In this document: piece by piece, positions 10,444-22,120 of the stretch | Layout of the letters: each line of letters begins with the position of its first letter | Position numbering within the stretch: the stretch's first letter is position 1 | IMG/VR virus record: IMGVR_UViG_3300035208_001463 | Coordinates: 48,521 to 112,520 of that record | DNA: 64,000 nt | Source: a virus | Taxonomy: Duplodnaviria > Caudoviricetes | Reading direction: 5' to 3' (one strand) | Position numbers and translations under genes: made by a program | The notes under the pieces: model-generated | The model's input: only the letters and a program-made list of their open reading frames with translations | Databases searched by the model: none | What the model was told of the DNA's origin: nothing

Positions 10444-11628
10444 TTATTTTTTGTATTTCTTAATAATATTTGCATGTTTAACTTTGTAAATCTCATATTC
10501 TTCTTTTGTCAAATAACACTTTTTACCTTCTTTCGTTCGTTGTTCAACACGATCTTCTAAAAATTTAATCCACCAAATTTTATCCCTTCCAGATTTTTTA
10601 TTCCCCCTCACAATTCCGTGTTCTTCATGTGTTAATAAAACAAATTTATTGGGATCTTCTTTGATATAATATTTAATCCAATCCGGGTTTTTATTTGAAC
10701 CGTTATTAATCCAAGCGTAATATCCTCCAGCGTCCTCATCCCAAATGCAACATGCTTTCTCTTGCCAGTATAAGTGATGTCTATCTAATGCATATCCCCT
10801 ATGGTTTTCAAATCTCGTTTTACCAGATAATATGCTTTTAAAATCATAAGCTGCATCTATACGATTCTTTAAATCTTTATTCCATTTTTCACAATAATAT
10901 AATCTCGTTGGGCCGCGTAAAATATGGTGACCATACCAAAATAGTTCTCCGGTTAATTGTTCTATCCAAGATACATTTTCACTTCGGAGTATCATGCTTT
11001 CTTTATTTTTAGGATCATTCATCCTTTTTATCATACCACTTTTAAAATTTTTTATATACTCTTCGTTTTCTTTATGGAGAAGTAACACAGTATTTCGTAT
11101 TTTTTCTACATTTTCCTTGTTTTTACAAGCGCAATCAAAACATCTATAATTCTCCTCGGGTTTATCAAAATTGCATTTATAGTCGGTTCTTTCCTTCCCA
11201 CAGTCTATACATTTATAAGTTACGGTTCCAACACGTATGTGTTTTCTAGAACATTTGTAGCACCTGTATTCAGATATTTTGTAGTGTTTGGCATCACTCG
11301 GTCTTACTTTTCTTTCTCTACCACAATCAGAACATTTTAATACTATTCGTTCGGATCTTCTATTTTTCTGTGCACATGTATAACATCTATACTCTTCACG
11401 TGGCTTTTTAAAATCGGATGGGTATAAAGTTCTCTCTTTTCCACAATCTATGCACGCATAAGTTACTTTATTATTTTTCCTTCTATCCGGATTTATTTCC
11501 CACCAATGTTTACCAGCACATGAATGGCATCTATAGTCTTCTATCCATACACCGTCTTTATAAAAACGAGATTTTTGTGCTGTCTTCTCTTTTCCACAAT
11601 CAACACAATATCTAGTGATTATTACCAT
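10444..11628 (-). CDS. Multi-Zn-ribbon protein with C-terminal HNH-like domain (putative homing endonuclease)
   Basis: Four CxDCGxER..YRCxxC repeats; C-terminal LDRHH...PNKFVLLTHEEHG; paralog of 44225-45523. Confidence 0.6.
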   Translation of the reverse strand: MVIITRYCVDCGKEKTAQKSRFYKDGVWIEDYRCHSCAGKHWWEINPDRRKNNKVTYACIDCGKERTLYPSDFKKPREEYRCYTCAQKNRRSERIVLKCSDCGRERKVRPSDAKHYKISEYRCYKCSRKHIRVGTVTYKCIDCGKERTDYKCNFDKPEENYRCFDCACKNKENVEKIRNTVLLLHKENEEYIKNFKSGMIKRMNDPKNKESMILRSENVSWIEQLTGELFWYGHHILRGPTRLYYCEKWNKDLKNRIDAAYDFKSILSGKTRFENHRGYALDRHHLYWQEKACCIWDEDAGGYYAWINNGSNKNPDWIKYYIKEDPNKFVLLTHEEHGIVRGNKKSGRDKIWWIKFLEDRVEQRTKEGKKCYLTKEEYEIYKVKHANIIKKYKK

Positions 11629-11838
11629 TATTTAATTATATGTTTTTATAGTATATAAATTGTTCTGATCATAAAATACTATAATAAATTTCAAAAGTTT
11701 CATCGAAAAAAGATATTTTATTTTTATTTTATTAGGAGTGGTGAAAAACATCCTCTTATGAGAGAGGGAAGCATAAACCGCTTGCCACGCGTGGCAGTCT
11801 CACCGTCACGGATTTTGACGGATCATCGCCGGGTTAAA

Positions 11839-12027
11839 TTAATCCATAGTATATGGGTATTTATAAAATTTGTGCTTTACTCCACTACCGTTGCAACACG
11901 GGCACACAACATTTAGGCCCGTTTGAGCATTTCGTTGTACCCCAGATCCACCACAGCATTTACAAGTATTATCTTTTGGAATAGGATCTCCAATTCGATT
12001 ATTATTAAGTTTATTAAATTCAATCAT
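11839..12027 (-). CDS. Small DnaJ-type zinc-finger protein
   Basis: CKCCGGSG and CPCCNGSG (CxxCxGxG) motifs. Confidence 0.65.
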   Translation of the reverse strand: MIEFNKLNNNRIGDPIPKDNTCKCCGGSGVQRNAQTGLNVVCPCCNGSGVKHKFYKYPYTMD

Positions 12028-12177
12028 ATTGTCGTCACCAACTCATAAGGTGGAACAGAAATTCCCAATGCACACATATGTGGAATATCCTCAACATTGT
12101 GTGTTTTGAACACACATTCTCTACTATCGCACCATTTGCATATCCAAATGTATGAATATCTCATGTCTTTCATATGA

Positions 12178-12867
12178 TCACCTCACCCCCACTTTCGCAC
12201 GAAACCCATCAAAGATTTCACTCATCCGAATATCATACAAGAAATCTTCGAATGGTTTTGGATCTACTTCATCCGGAAGCATAGACTTTTCTTTTGCAAG
12301 ATCAAGATATCTAAACCATTTTCCGATATTCTCATTTGTTATTTCATCTTCGGGTGGTTTGAATTCGATTTTGTGATTCATAAGCATTGTAACCCCGAAT
12401 TGAAGTGTTCGCATAGTGGTTGCTTTGCTTTTTAACGGGTCTTTTACACTTGCACGTTTTATTGCATCATTGAGTTGTGAATGTGCCATTCCATTAATAG
12501 ATGCATAGGATGACTTTGAAAGATTGTCGGTTACAATATCACGAAGTTTTGAAAGCCATTCGCTATCTTTATGAATGATTGGCGAGCATACGCTCCATAT
12601 TGCATTTACATTGCCTTTTTTAAGCAGGTTGACAAGATGACCAATCTCCATATATTGTGCATCGATTTCTTTTGTATTCTCGAAGTAGGATTTTGCTGCA
12701 CGGGTCTTTTCGAATGTGCTACCGCGCAGGTATTCGGAAGATGGCTGTTGAAATACATGGAACAGATCATAATCTGAACTGGGAGTGGCCATTCCCCACA
12801 TACGGGAGCCTACTTCGGTGATGAAGAGATAGTTATCAGTCATCATACCATCTCGAAGGTCTCCCAT
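12178..12867 (-). CDS. Pol-beta superfamily nucleotidyltransferase (YcgL/RlaP-like)
   Basis: GSRMWG...SDYD catalytic motif, followed by LLKKGNVNAI. Confidence 0.75.
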   Translation of the reverse strand: MGDLRDGMMTDNYLFITEVGSRMWGMATPSSDYDLFHVFQQPSSEYLRGSTFEKTRAAKSYFENTKEIDAQYMEIGHLVNLLKKGNVNAIWSVCSPIIHKDSEWLSKLRDIVTDNLSKSSYASINGMAHSQLNDAIKRASVKDPLKSKATTMRTLQFGVTMLMNHKIEFKPPEDEITNENIGKWFRYLDLAKEKSMLPDEVDPKPFEDFLYDIRMSEIFDGFRAKVGVR

Positions 12868-13354
12868 TCACCCAATCGTGTTTATAAGCCTCATCCCTCG
12901 TCACTTCAATTGTAACGCGGTCATCGTCTCTCCAATACCTGTCATTGTAGTAATAATATCGTGTATTGCTCCAATGGTGCGAGATGATGTTTATGTAGTC
13001 CACTTTATAAACAATCGCATTATATGGCGTGTATGTCGATACAACATGAAACTGTACACGATCTCCAATATTTAATTCATCGTAGTATGAATAAGGAACA
13101 TCAAAGATCCTAGTATCCTCTCTTATATTGACCTGCGCGAAACCCGCTGCACACGTCATGCTCGATATTGTAACCACATTCGTGAGATATGTAGGATCAG
13201 GCGTTGGTGTAGGCACAGGAGTAGGTGCAACCGTTACTACTGTGGGAGCGTTTACGTGTCCGTAGTTGTATCCTGCGTAGGCAATTGATGCTGATAAAAG
13301 CAGGATTGCGATGACAAAGATCGGGGTTGTGATGTCTTTTGTGTCGATGGTCAT
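12836..13354 (-). CDS. Membrane-anchored protein with PT linker
   Basis: N-terminal TM; PTPVPTPTPDPT linker. Confidence 0.55.
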   Translation of the reverse strand: MTIDTKDITTPIFVIAILLLSASIAYAGYNYGHVNAPTVVTVAPTPVPTPTPDPTYLTNVVTISSMTCAAGFAQVNIREDTRIFDVPYSYYDELNIGDRVQFHVVSTYTPYNAIVYKVDYINIISHHWSNTRYYYYNDRYWRDDDRVTIEVTRDEAYKHDWVNGRPSRWYDD

Positions 13355-13956
13355 TTAAATCACCTCATCATGATATTTACATTCAATTGCATCATCATCA
13401 CCGTTAACATAATATTCGCAACCAAGACAATCCTCTGCGTTTGCGGAACCATCTTCTGAAATGGGGCAATCTCCTATGATTTTAGAAATGTTATGAAACG
13501 TTGTCATTTCTTTTCACCACTTTGTTAATTCTGTATACGCGTTATTAGTATTTATACTTTATCTTTCAATGTCCGGGTTTCTTTATAACGAATTCCCCAT
13601 TCTTCTTTAGTATAATTCTCGTGTGCATCTTGTGTTTTTGCCAATGTGCGAAAACATCAAATTTGGACTGTATTTCGTTTCCTCCCCATGTATATATTCC
13701 ACCTTCGAGTTCCCAAACGTATGGAGTGGAATCTTTCTTTTGATGTCCATATACCTTTCTTCGGGGTTTCCCAAATAGTTCATTTAAAGCGTGTTTTAAA
13801 TTAATATTTATATCTTTCCACAATTGTTTTCCTTCTACACCAACCGCAATTATCGAATCCCCATTTATCCTAGCATCGGGGCGACCTGTTAGAAACACCA
13901 TTGTTATTTTTTCAGTCATATAATATACACTTCGCTGTTTGCATATTTATACTTTT

Positions 13957-14376
13957 TCAAACTTCCACAAATTTCCCATACTTCTCCCCACTATCAGGTG
14001 GAAGATACACCTCTTCCAATTCTGGATACCCTACAATAATATTACCATTTTCAACACGCGCGGTATACGTGCACCTTTTCACTTGCTCATGCCACGCTTG
14101 GTGACTTCGAAAATACAAAACATCCCCACGAGTTGTAACAACTTTGAGATTTGTTGGGTCTGTAGATCTCACTGTATAGGTGATAAATTCGGGATAATCG
14201 ATGGGTGATGCTGTAACAACTGGCGCAACCGTGGATGTGGGAGTAGTAGTCTGATAAATAACCACCGTTTGTGGATTTGTTCGATCTACTACAATTCCAA
14301 TACCACATGCTAGGATAAACCCTGCTATTAGGGTTATGGTGATGAGGTATGCGGCTCCAAGTAGTTTTTCTTTCAT
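13957..14376 (-). CDS. Membrane-anchored protein with T/P-rich linker
   Basis: N-terminal TM; TTTPTSTVAP linker. Confidence 0.55.
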   Translation of the reverse strand: MKEKLLGAAYLITITLIAGFILACGIGIVVDRTNPQTVVIYQTTTPTSTVAPVVTASPIDYPEFITYTVRSTDPTNLKVVTTRGDVLYFRSHQAWHEQVKRCTYTARVENGNIIVGYPELEEVYLPPDSGEKYGKFVEV

Positions 14377-14431
14377 AGAATAATAGTATTGGGGATTAAA
14401 GTATAAATGGTTTGTGGTGTGTTATTTGGTA

Positions 14432-15061
14432 TTAAATAATATCCCCACCACAAGAAAGTATTGTTTTTGCTACTACATATGTTTTAAATGCTTCAAATTC
14501 ATCATCATATGTTCCCAAATTATATCTTTTTCCGTTATATGAAATTCTTGATTTCCATTTAGATGCATCCTTATTCCAATATACTCCTTTATATTGTGAG
14601 GTTTGTATTTCTTTTTGAATTTTATATGGGTTTTTACATGCTATATTATATGCATTGGCAGCGTCATCTTCTAAATCATAATATCCCAAACTATTTTGTT
14701 TTCCATCTACTATAATTCTAGCGTACCATTTTTTATCACGTGAATGCCATACTACACCCGGATATTTTGATGTTTTTATTTGATGTCTATTCTGTGCGTT
14801 TTGTCTAGTAGTTACAATTCTCAAATTATATTTTTGATTGTTCAATCCGTTTCCATCAATATGATCTGTGAACATACCATCTGGTATATATTTTAATACT
14901 TCTCGATGCATACGAATTATTTTTCTAGTTTTTGATTCCTTCCTCTCTGCGTATGATGTGTGTTCACGCACACGAGCACACCATTTGTATTTATTTAACT
15001 CTTCAAAATCATCGTCATCAACTAGTGCAATTTTACCTTGCGTAAGTGGTATTTCTCTCAT
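14432..15061 (-). CDS. HNH endonuclease with two AP2 DNA-binding domains
   Basis: TDHIDGNGLNNQKYNLR HNH; SKYPGV..KKWYARI..LGYY and SQYKGV..KWKSRI..LGTY AP2 repeats. Confidence 0.88.
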   Translation of the reverse strand: MREIPLTQGKIALVDDDDFEELNKYKWCARVREHTSYAERKESKTRKIIRMHREVLKYIPDGMFTDHIDGNGLNNQKYNLRIVTTRQNAQNRHQIKTSKYPGVVWHSRDKKWYARIIVDGKQNSLGYYDLEDDAANAYNIACKNPYKIQKEIQTSQYKGVYWNKDASKWKSRISYNGKRYNLGTYDDEFEAFKTYVVAKTILSCGGDII

Positions 15062-16619
15062 ATCTCATCCTCACAATATCCACAAAAACAACACCAATAT
15101 TTTTCCACAACTCCGTTATTTCCCGGAACAAACATTCGGTACATGTTCCAGTGACAGTATGGGCAGAATTCTTCCGAATCATGTTCCATCATTGTATTTT
15201 ATTACCGCTTTAATAAGTTCCTTATCAAGTTCATCGGACTCCACATTACTATTTCCACCAATAACATGCAGCGCGTCTATCTCTTCCATCATACACGAGA
15301 TAAATTTTGCACAATTTGAACCATCGCATTTATAGCGTGGTTGGTGTGGGCATAATTTGTTAATGTATAAATCTGTGAGTTTCATTCTTTTTCTCATTCC
15401 TTTCTATGCTCAATAATAAATGCATCGTAGACTTCTCCTTCATTAAAATCGCAATCTTCTTCTGGAGGTATTTCGATTTCTTGGAGTTCTACAGTTTGAT
15501 ATATCTTTCCCCATGTTACTTCTTCAATTTCATCATTCCATTCGTCTCCAGATGCTTCTTCACGATACATTTCAATTATTTTAAGAAATTCATTATATGC
15601 AGCATCTTTAGTGGTAAATATCTGCATATTGTTATCCCAATCATAAACAAACCATTTTTCTTGTATTTCTTCGGGTTTAATTGTTTGTGTAGTCATATTT
15701 TATTCCTTACCATTTTTAAATCTTTCTTGAATTTTATCCCATTCTTCATTGAATACATCTATAGTTTCATCGGACCAATTCGCTTCGTCACCATATTCCA
15801 TCTCATAATCAGCAATCAATTCTATTTCATACAAATTTTTTTGTTGAGCAACAGTTTTTCCTTCAAGATTTTTCAAATTCATTCCTTTTCCTCCATAACA
15901 ATCCTGTAATCATTTGAATAGACTCTTCTGGGTTTTTCGTCACCAAACTGCACAATAACTTTTTGGTGGTGATTGCCTTTTTGATTAACGATCCCTTTGA
16001 CTATTCCTATTGGATGAATTATATCAGGGTTGCCGGAACAATATTGTATACGGTCTCCCGGTTTGAAAGTTTGTTCTTCCATTAGTTTTAACTCCGTTTA
16101 TTAGGGGCAATTATCCCAATACATCCAAATACCATTAATATAACACATAGAACACAATCAAAATACAACCCAAAAATTATAAAATCTTGAAATTTCAACG
16201 GTGCGATTATATTATTTGCTTCTATTGATACAAAATATACGATTAACATTGATGACAAACCATAAATATACCAGATCAAACATTCCAATTCTGATTGTGG
16301 TTCCTTTAATATTTTAATAATCTGCTCGTGTGGATACAATGTCTCACTCATCTAAACACCTCCGGATTATCTTTCAAAACTTGAAACAACTGCGTTGCCA
16401 GAGTTTGGATTACATGGTGTTTCATTTTAAGTTCATTCTCTTCATTAATGGCCTCGATCACTTCATGCAAAAGAGTTGCTAATGCCATATCAGGGCATAA
16501 TGTTTCATCCAAGTGAATCACAGCAGACCCAAAAATGATTTTACCCGATGAATCAGTAACTTTAGAATCACATGGTATGATTTTATAATGGATACCACCA
16601 ACTTTAATTGTTTCGGGCA

Positions 16620-16964
16620 TCATAGTAATGTCAAGCCTCCAACAACAGAATTGATTTTTTCATCTTCATCGGGTCCAATTGCAATGCATGTGAGAGTGTT
16701 TGGGGCAATTTGTGTAAGACCGAAATCGCGAACATAATGAACAGATAGATTTTTATTTTTTGCATTGTTGGCAATAATATTGAGCGATTCTTCATTTGCA
16801 GTTTTTAGAACAATTTTCTTCTGCCCCTCATCATACCATTGTCCACCTTCAAGTGCGTTATCGGTTATTGTACGATATGCCATCACAGAAGCGTGGCCAA
16901 CCTGCCCTGCTATTTTTCCACAAGACATTCCTAAATCTTTACGAACAACAATTGCCAATTTCAT
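16620..16964 (-). CDS. pth2: Peptidyl-tRNA hydrolase, archaeal/eukaryotic Pth2 type
   Basis: MKLAIVVRKDLGMSCGKIAGQVGHAS, GQKKIVLK, VRDFGLTQI and CIAIGP motifs. Confidence 0.92.
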   Translation of the reverse strand: MKLAIVVRKDLGMSCGKIAGQVGHASVMAYRTITDNALEGGQWYDEGQKKIVLKTANEESLNIIANNAKNKNLSVHYVRDFGLTQIAPNTLTCIAIGPDEDEKINSVVGGLTLL

Positions 16965-19900
16965 AAAAAGCATTATAGTATACGTTGTGAAAGTATTTAA
17001 TGGTTTTGTTTGATTAGACAAATCCCATTTTCTGTGTATGTTTGATTCAATAATCGTCCCAGTAATTCATTCTGCTCACTAATAAGTTCGTTTTGTTTTT
17101 CGAGTGCGATTTGGATGGCATTCAATTTTAATTTCATTGCGTTTGTTGCATAATAATTATAAGTAACAATACTATTTTGCTGCGCCCACAAATCATCCGC
17201 TTGTTTGTTTAAATCATAATATTCCTGTGGATATGTCACATTTTCCGCGCACACATGGGGTACAACAATCGCTATTATCAACGCAATAATTAAAATTGGT
17301 AGTGACCTCATTTCATCAACTCCGGCTTCTCCTTCTTCATCCAGTTGATAAAATATTTTTGTTCTTCTTCTGACATTACAGATATATGATTATCAAGATT
17401 TAAAATTATAAATCCTTTATTATGTACACATTTTGTAATAATCATCTTTTCTTCTCCCATTCCGGAGGTGTATAAATTTTGGCAATCCATACACTACACC
17501 GTGTTGTTCCAACCTGATTGTAATTGGGCGAATTACAATTGTTGCAGAGTCCTTTTCCAGTACGCGCGCCACAGTTGTGGCATCCATCTCGTTCATTCAT
17601 TGTCGTTGTCATCGTTTGACCTCCGGTAATATTCACATCCAAATATCATTGTGATTAATCTTCCACAAATACCAGTCGTCCCGTATTGATAAAAACACCC
17701 TTCTGGATCAAGGGATTTTTGGCGATTTTTACAATTATCACATGGGGAAATCATCTCTAATCCACCCTATTTATTACTAATATGCTTTATTCCAGATATC
17801 ATTTTAATCATTTCATCATAAATATGATTCAAATCTTCTTCAGATATTTCATTTGATTCGAGGCTTAAACGCGATACCATATAATTACCATATATCGATT
17901 TAACATACTCTTTGCCAATAGTGGTGTAGTCTCGCATTTCTAATTCACCGGATCCCATTTACTATCAAAGTATCCCTTTCTTACAATAGTGGCAATATCA
18001 CCAACGTTCACGATTCCGCCAATATCATCAGCCTTGATCTCTTTACCATCCATAGCGAGAATGCGCTTGTTATTCTCATCAATTACGTATCCTTCATCGT
18101 CAATGCTTTTGTCGAAACAATAAAGAATTTCCTCTATTGATTCTTTGTCGAATGTTATTACTGGGTCGATCATTATTCCATCTCTCCTTCAGATTCTATC
18201 CAATTTTTGATAATCTCATTTTTGTTAATATGTAGACGTTTCTGATCCCAATTTCCAAAAATCCCATTACAATGGATACTATGTTCTGTCGAATTTACAA
18301 CATCATAACATTCGCATCCATAACAACCATGTGAATCTTCAACGCAGACGAAACCCGTGTCATTTACGGGGCATGTCACGAAATGACGAGCTTTTAACTG
18401 AATACAGATTGTTTCTGGGTTGTTTCCATCAATATAATGGGGGTATTTGAATTTATGGAAATGTCTGGGGGTATCATCTGTGAACAACAATCCGGTTTTA
18501 TTCTCCATTGTAATACTCCATATCTCTATTGGTGTTCATTATATAAATAAGTTATCAACGATACTCCTAAACACGTCGCTGCACTAATGATTGGAATTGC
18601 ACTAATTAAAAATACCACAACCCCAACGATTTGACCAACAATAATACATTTTATTATAGTTGGCCACCAAATACCAATTTCGGGTTTGATACAAACATCA
18701 TCAATTTTCTCAACATATCCGTTAAGAAGTGAATAAGATCCTCCTTTCTCACATTCGTATTTAACAACCTGTAGGTTCTGCGCGCATTCGGTGCAGGTTC
18801 CACAGTTTGTATGAATGGGGGTTGTGCGTGGCATGGTGGATCAAGGGATGATGGTGATGCAGGGGAGTGTGACTTCTGGGATATATGGAGTGATACCAAT
18901 ACAAAACACAAGAATACCTAGTGCTACGCCCATACAACATGCTGGAACTAAAATAAACGGTAAATCATCACCACGGAAGTCTTTATAAATGCAATATAGT
19001 GATACTCCAAGTATCACCACCCCAACAACCGACATCATCCACGAAGCAACGGTGATGCAGGTCATTCCTCAATCACATCCGAATTATAGAGATATTCAAA
19101 TTGTCGCATCTGATTAATTTTAGTTGCCATCTCTGCAATGGCGGGGTTTGGTTTTTCGCATTCTATTCCAATTTCGAGCCAATCCCAGAATTCATCGAGA
19201 ATTCGATCCCTTACGATCTTCGAAACCATCTTATCACGATTTGTTTTATTACAGGTCATGAGTTGTCACCCCAGAAAAATATTCGCCCAACAATTCCGAG
19301 AAAAAATCCCGTTGCTAATGCTGTAACTACTATAAATTGCTGTGGTATCATTCCCGATCCAGATAATATACCGGACATCAGTGAGATTCCAACTACCACA
19401 CTATAAATCAATGCTTTTCTATAGTTTGTCATGATTCTTCTTTCTCCACGGAATGTGGATTTTTATTCACACCCCAATCCGCCGTAAGATAATCCCATTG
19501 GGACAGCGCAATTATTAATTTCTCTTCTATTGTAGCATCCACTGATGCAATGTCTTTGATATATGCAATTACATCATCTTTTTCAAGATCTTCGCTATCA
19601 AAATGACGTAATGCTATCGCGCGACCCATCTGCATCATGTTTGTTTCTCGCGTACCCTTTATCCCCAAGTTTTTAGCAATTTCTCTCCAACTCCAAATTG
19701 TTTTATCTGTCATGATTCCATCCACTTCCTTACTCCTTTCTTTACACCCCACAGATTAATTTTATCCGTGAGTGTAGCAGTTCCAAAAACAATTTTGCTG
19801 GGAACCCATACGATTCCAAACAGAGCAAATCCATCTTTGACTAGTGACCAGTTGATCATTTTTGTTCCTTCCTTACCCACTTCGGTTCATTCTCATACCC

Positions 19901-20072
19901 ACCACTTGGTAAAACCCCGAATGGGCAAGCATGGGGAAAATCTTCTTCCATTGCAATCGATGCAGTTAATTTACAGTTCATATTACATTTCTTGCAAACG
20001 AATTTGTCTTTAACGACCATCTTTCTTTCACTCTCCAAATTTTTCCTTATACCATAATTGTCTCAATACTAT

Positions 20073-20474
20073 TTATACCTTCCCACGCGCGCGTTCTACA
20101 AGTAATTTCTCCCTGCATTCCGGACAACGAAATGCGAGAATACGAATATTCATTTCTGCCATTTCTTTGCGACGTTCTGATGTAAAGTCTTGGTATAATT
20201 CCCTGTATTTTTCATGTAGTTTAATATCCTCTTCCGTTGGAACTTTGTAGTGCCAATCAAGACCACGCGCTTTGTATTCTTCTACACATTCAACAACGCG
20301 CTCGTTTAAGAATTGCAGATCTACACAACCATGATCTACATACCCCTTGATTGAATTACCCTTTCGCATCGAAGGCATAAGTAGGTTGTTATATTCTGCG
20401 AGTATAGAATTTAAGTGTTTGTTACATAAGCAATGGAACGGACAGCCCGGAAACAAATTTACGATTTTAATCAC
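20073..20474 (-). CDS. Possible pyrimidine-dimer DNA glycosylase (T4 endonuclease V-like)
   Basis: N-terminal LCNKHL...AEY resemblance only. Confidence 0.4.
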   Translation of the reverse strand: MIKIVNLFPGCPFHCLCNKHLNSILAEYNNLLMPSMRKGNSIKGYVDHGCVDLQFLNERVVECVEEYKARGLDWHYKVPTEEDIKLHEKYRELYQDFTSERRKEMAEMNIRILAFRCPECREKLLVERARGKV

Positions 20475-21189
20475 CTCTCGCTTTCATCACATCTACCAAT
20501 TTCTTTGCAGATAAATATTGGTCAGCGGCTTCTTTTTCAAATTCGAAATACCCCAGATGATATGTTTTGTTTTTAAACCTTATAAATACCTGCCATTTCT
20601 TCATATCTTTCCTCCACGCAACACCACGGTATTTGCTTGTTTTTGATAGTGATTTGTTAATGCCCAAAAGACAGTTATAGGGAAAATTATTTTTATTTAA
20701 AAGTTTTTCTTCATCGGTCATATCATTCATCTTTTCACATATCATAATATATGTAGAACGCGCAAGTTCTTCGGATTTAAACGAACCGAGATGATAAGTT
20801 TTATTATTATATTTTATTTGAGACATCCATCTTTTACTTTTATTACACCAATAAACGCCCGGATATCTACTTGTTTTTTCTATATGTAAATTTTGAGCAT
20901 TTTCGCGATTTGTTACAACTCTCAAATTTTCTTTTCTATTATCAAGACCGTCCCCATTTATATGATCGATTTGCATTTTTTCTGGGGGATTCATTATAAA
21001 ACGATGCATCTTTATACCTTTTCTTAATCCACTTTCTTTATCAACAGATTTTCGTATTGCATAATACGTATTTCTATGTTTATTAGCATGCCATTTATAT
21101 TTATTTAATTCTTCATAATCTTCATCATCTACCAAAGCAATCTTTCCCATGGTAAGCATTATTTCTTTTGTTATATTAATTCCCCCCAC
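20467..21189 (-). CDS. HNH endonuclease with two AP2 domains (paralog of 14432-15061)
   Basis: IDHINGDGLDNRKENLR; SRYPGV and SKYRGV AP2 repeats. Confidence 0.88.
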   Translation of the reverse strand: MGGINITKEIMLTMGKIALVDDEDYEELNKYKWHANKHRNTYYAIRKSVDKESGLRKGIKMHRFIMNPPEKMQIDHINGDGLDNRKENLRVVTNRENAQNLHIEKTSRYPGVYWCNKSKRWMSQIKYNNKTYHLGSFKSEELARSTYIMICEKMNDMTDEEKLLNKNNFPYNCLLGINKSLSKTSKYRGVAWRKDMKKWQVFIRFKNKTYHLGYFEFEKEAADQYLSAKKLVDVMKARGD

Positions 21190-21770
21190 TCATTCAGATA
21201 TTTCGTTTTCATTATATTGATTTGTTCTCTTGTAAAAACTATACCGAGATAATTTTCGACAATGGTATCTTGATTGTGACCCATACTAGCTTGTATATAT
21301 GCCTGTTTTTCTGGATAACATGCTACAAGCCAACTCACCAATGTTTTTCTAAACATTTTCTCGGTCATACCATCAGCCCCAATTCCAGCACGAACGGCAT
21401 ATCGTTTCATAGCATCTCTAAATGCAACACGATGGGGTATTCTTTCATATGCCATGATTTCTTTCCCTTTAAATTTTACCTTTTCACTAATCAACGTATC
21501 AAATGCATCACACCCGGCAAGTGAAAGTTTGATGGTTCTGTTTTTGTATAAACACTTTTCTTTTAAACAAGCACCTTCTGGAAGTTCAATTACTCTACGC
21601 GATCCACGATACCAAGACGGTTTGAACCTAGACAATTCCACGGGTCTCATACCGGAAAGCAATGCCGCGTCACAAATTATTTGGTAATATCTAGGCATCT
21701 GTGCACGTAACAATTCGTAATCACTGGGTGTTAATACCCGAGCACCTTGTTTTAAAATAATGTCACTCAT
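21171..21770 (-). CDS. Tyrosine recombinase/integrase (catalytic-domain-sized, archaeal type)
   Basis: SGMR (R), KMFR (KxxR), MGH and ENYL (Y) catalytic residues; AAGGAG RBS before ATG at 21770. Confidence 0.85.
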   Translation of the reverse strand: MSDIILKQGARVLTPSDYELLRAQMPRYYQIICDAALLSGMRPVELSRFKPSWYRGSRRVIELPEGACLKEKCLYKNRTIKLSLAGCDAFDTLISEKVKFKGKEIMAYERIPHRVAFRDAMKRYAVRAGIGADGMTEKMFRKTLVSWLVACYPEKQAYIQASMGHNQDTIVENYLGIVFTREQINIMKTKYLNEWGELI

Positions 21771-21840
21771 TAATATAAACTCCTTTTTATATAACAACAC
21801 ATATCATAATTGGTTGTTCCAAAAATATATATTTTTTGTT

Positions 21841-21953
21841 ATACGAACTATAATTAGTATCTGTTCGTATTTAAACCTTTCGTTATGTTCGTATTTCATT
21901 TTTAATGCTGTTTTACGGTATAATACGAACAGGAAGTAGTGCCTGTTCGTATT
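21841..21953. promoter_or_regulatory. Two lox/dif-like inverted-repeat sites ATACGAAC-N14-GTTCGTAT plus one extra half-site
   Basis: Sites at 21841-21870 and 21922-21953 (the latter has perfect 12-bp arms and 8-bp spacer AAGTAGTG); half-site at 21887-21894. Confidence 0.75.
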
Positions 21954-22120
21954 TGAAAATTTTAAACGCGCGTATTAAGCGTGATCCAAGTTTTCAATTT
22001 TCCAAAAACTTATGCAAGAATTTACCAACAAATTTCAAAACACCAAAAATTCAAAACCAAAGCACGCTATTTGGGATCTGTTTCTACCACTCTTGTTGGT
22101 ATCGGAAAGTTGCGACTAAC

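Noticed and set aside
16348-16623. Zn metallopeptidase
   Set aside because: Motif is HEVIE rather than HExxH; function not supportable
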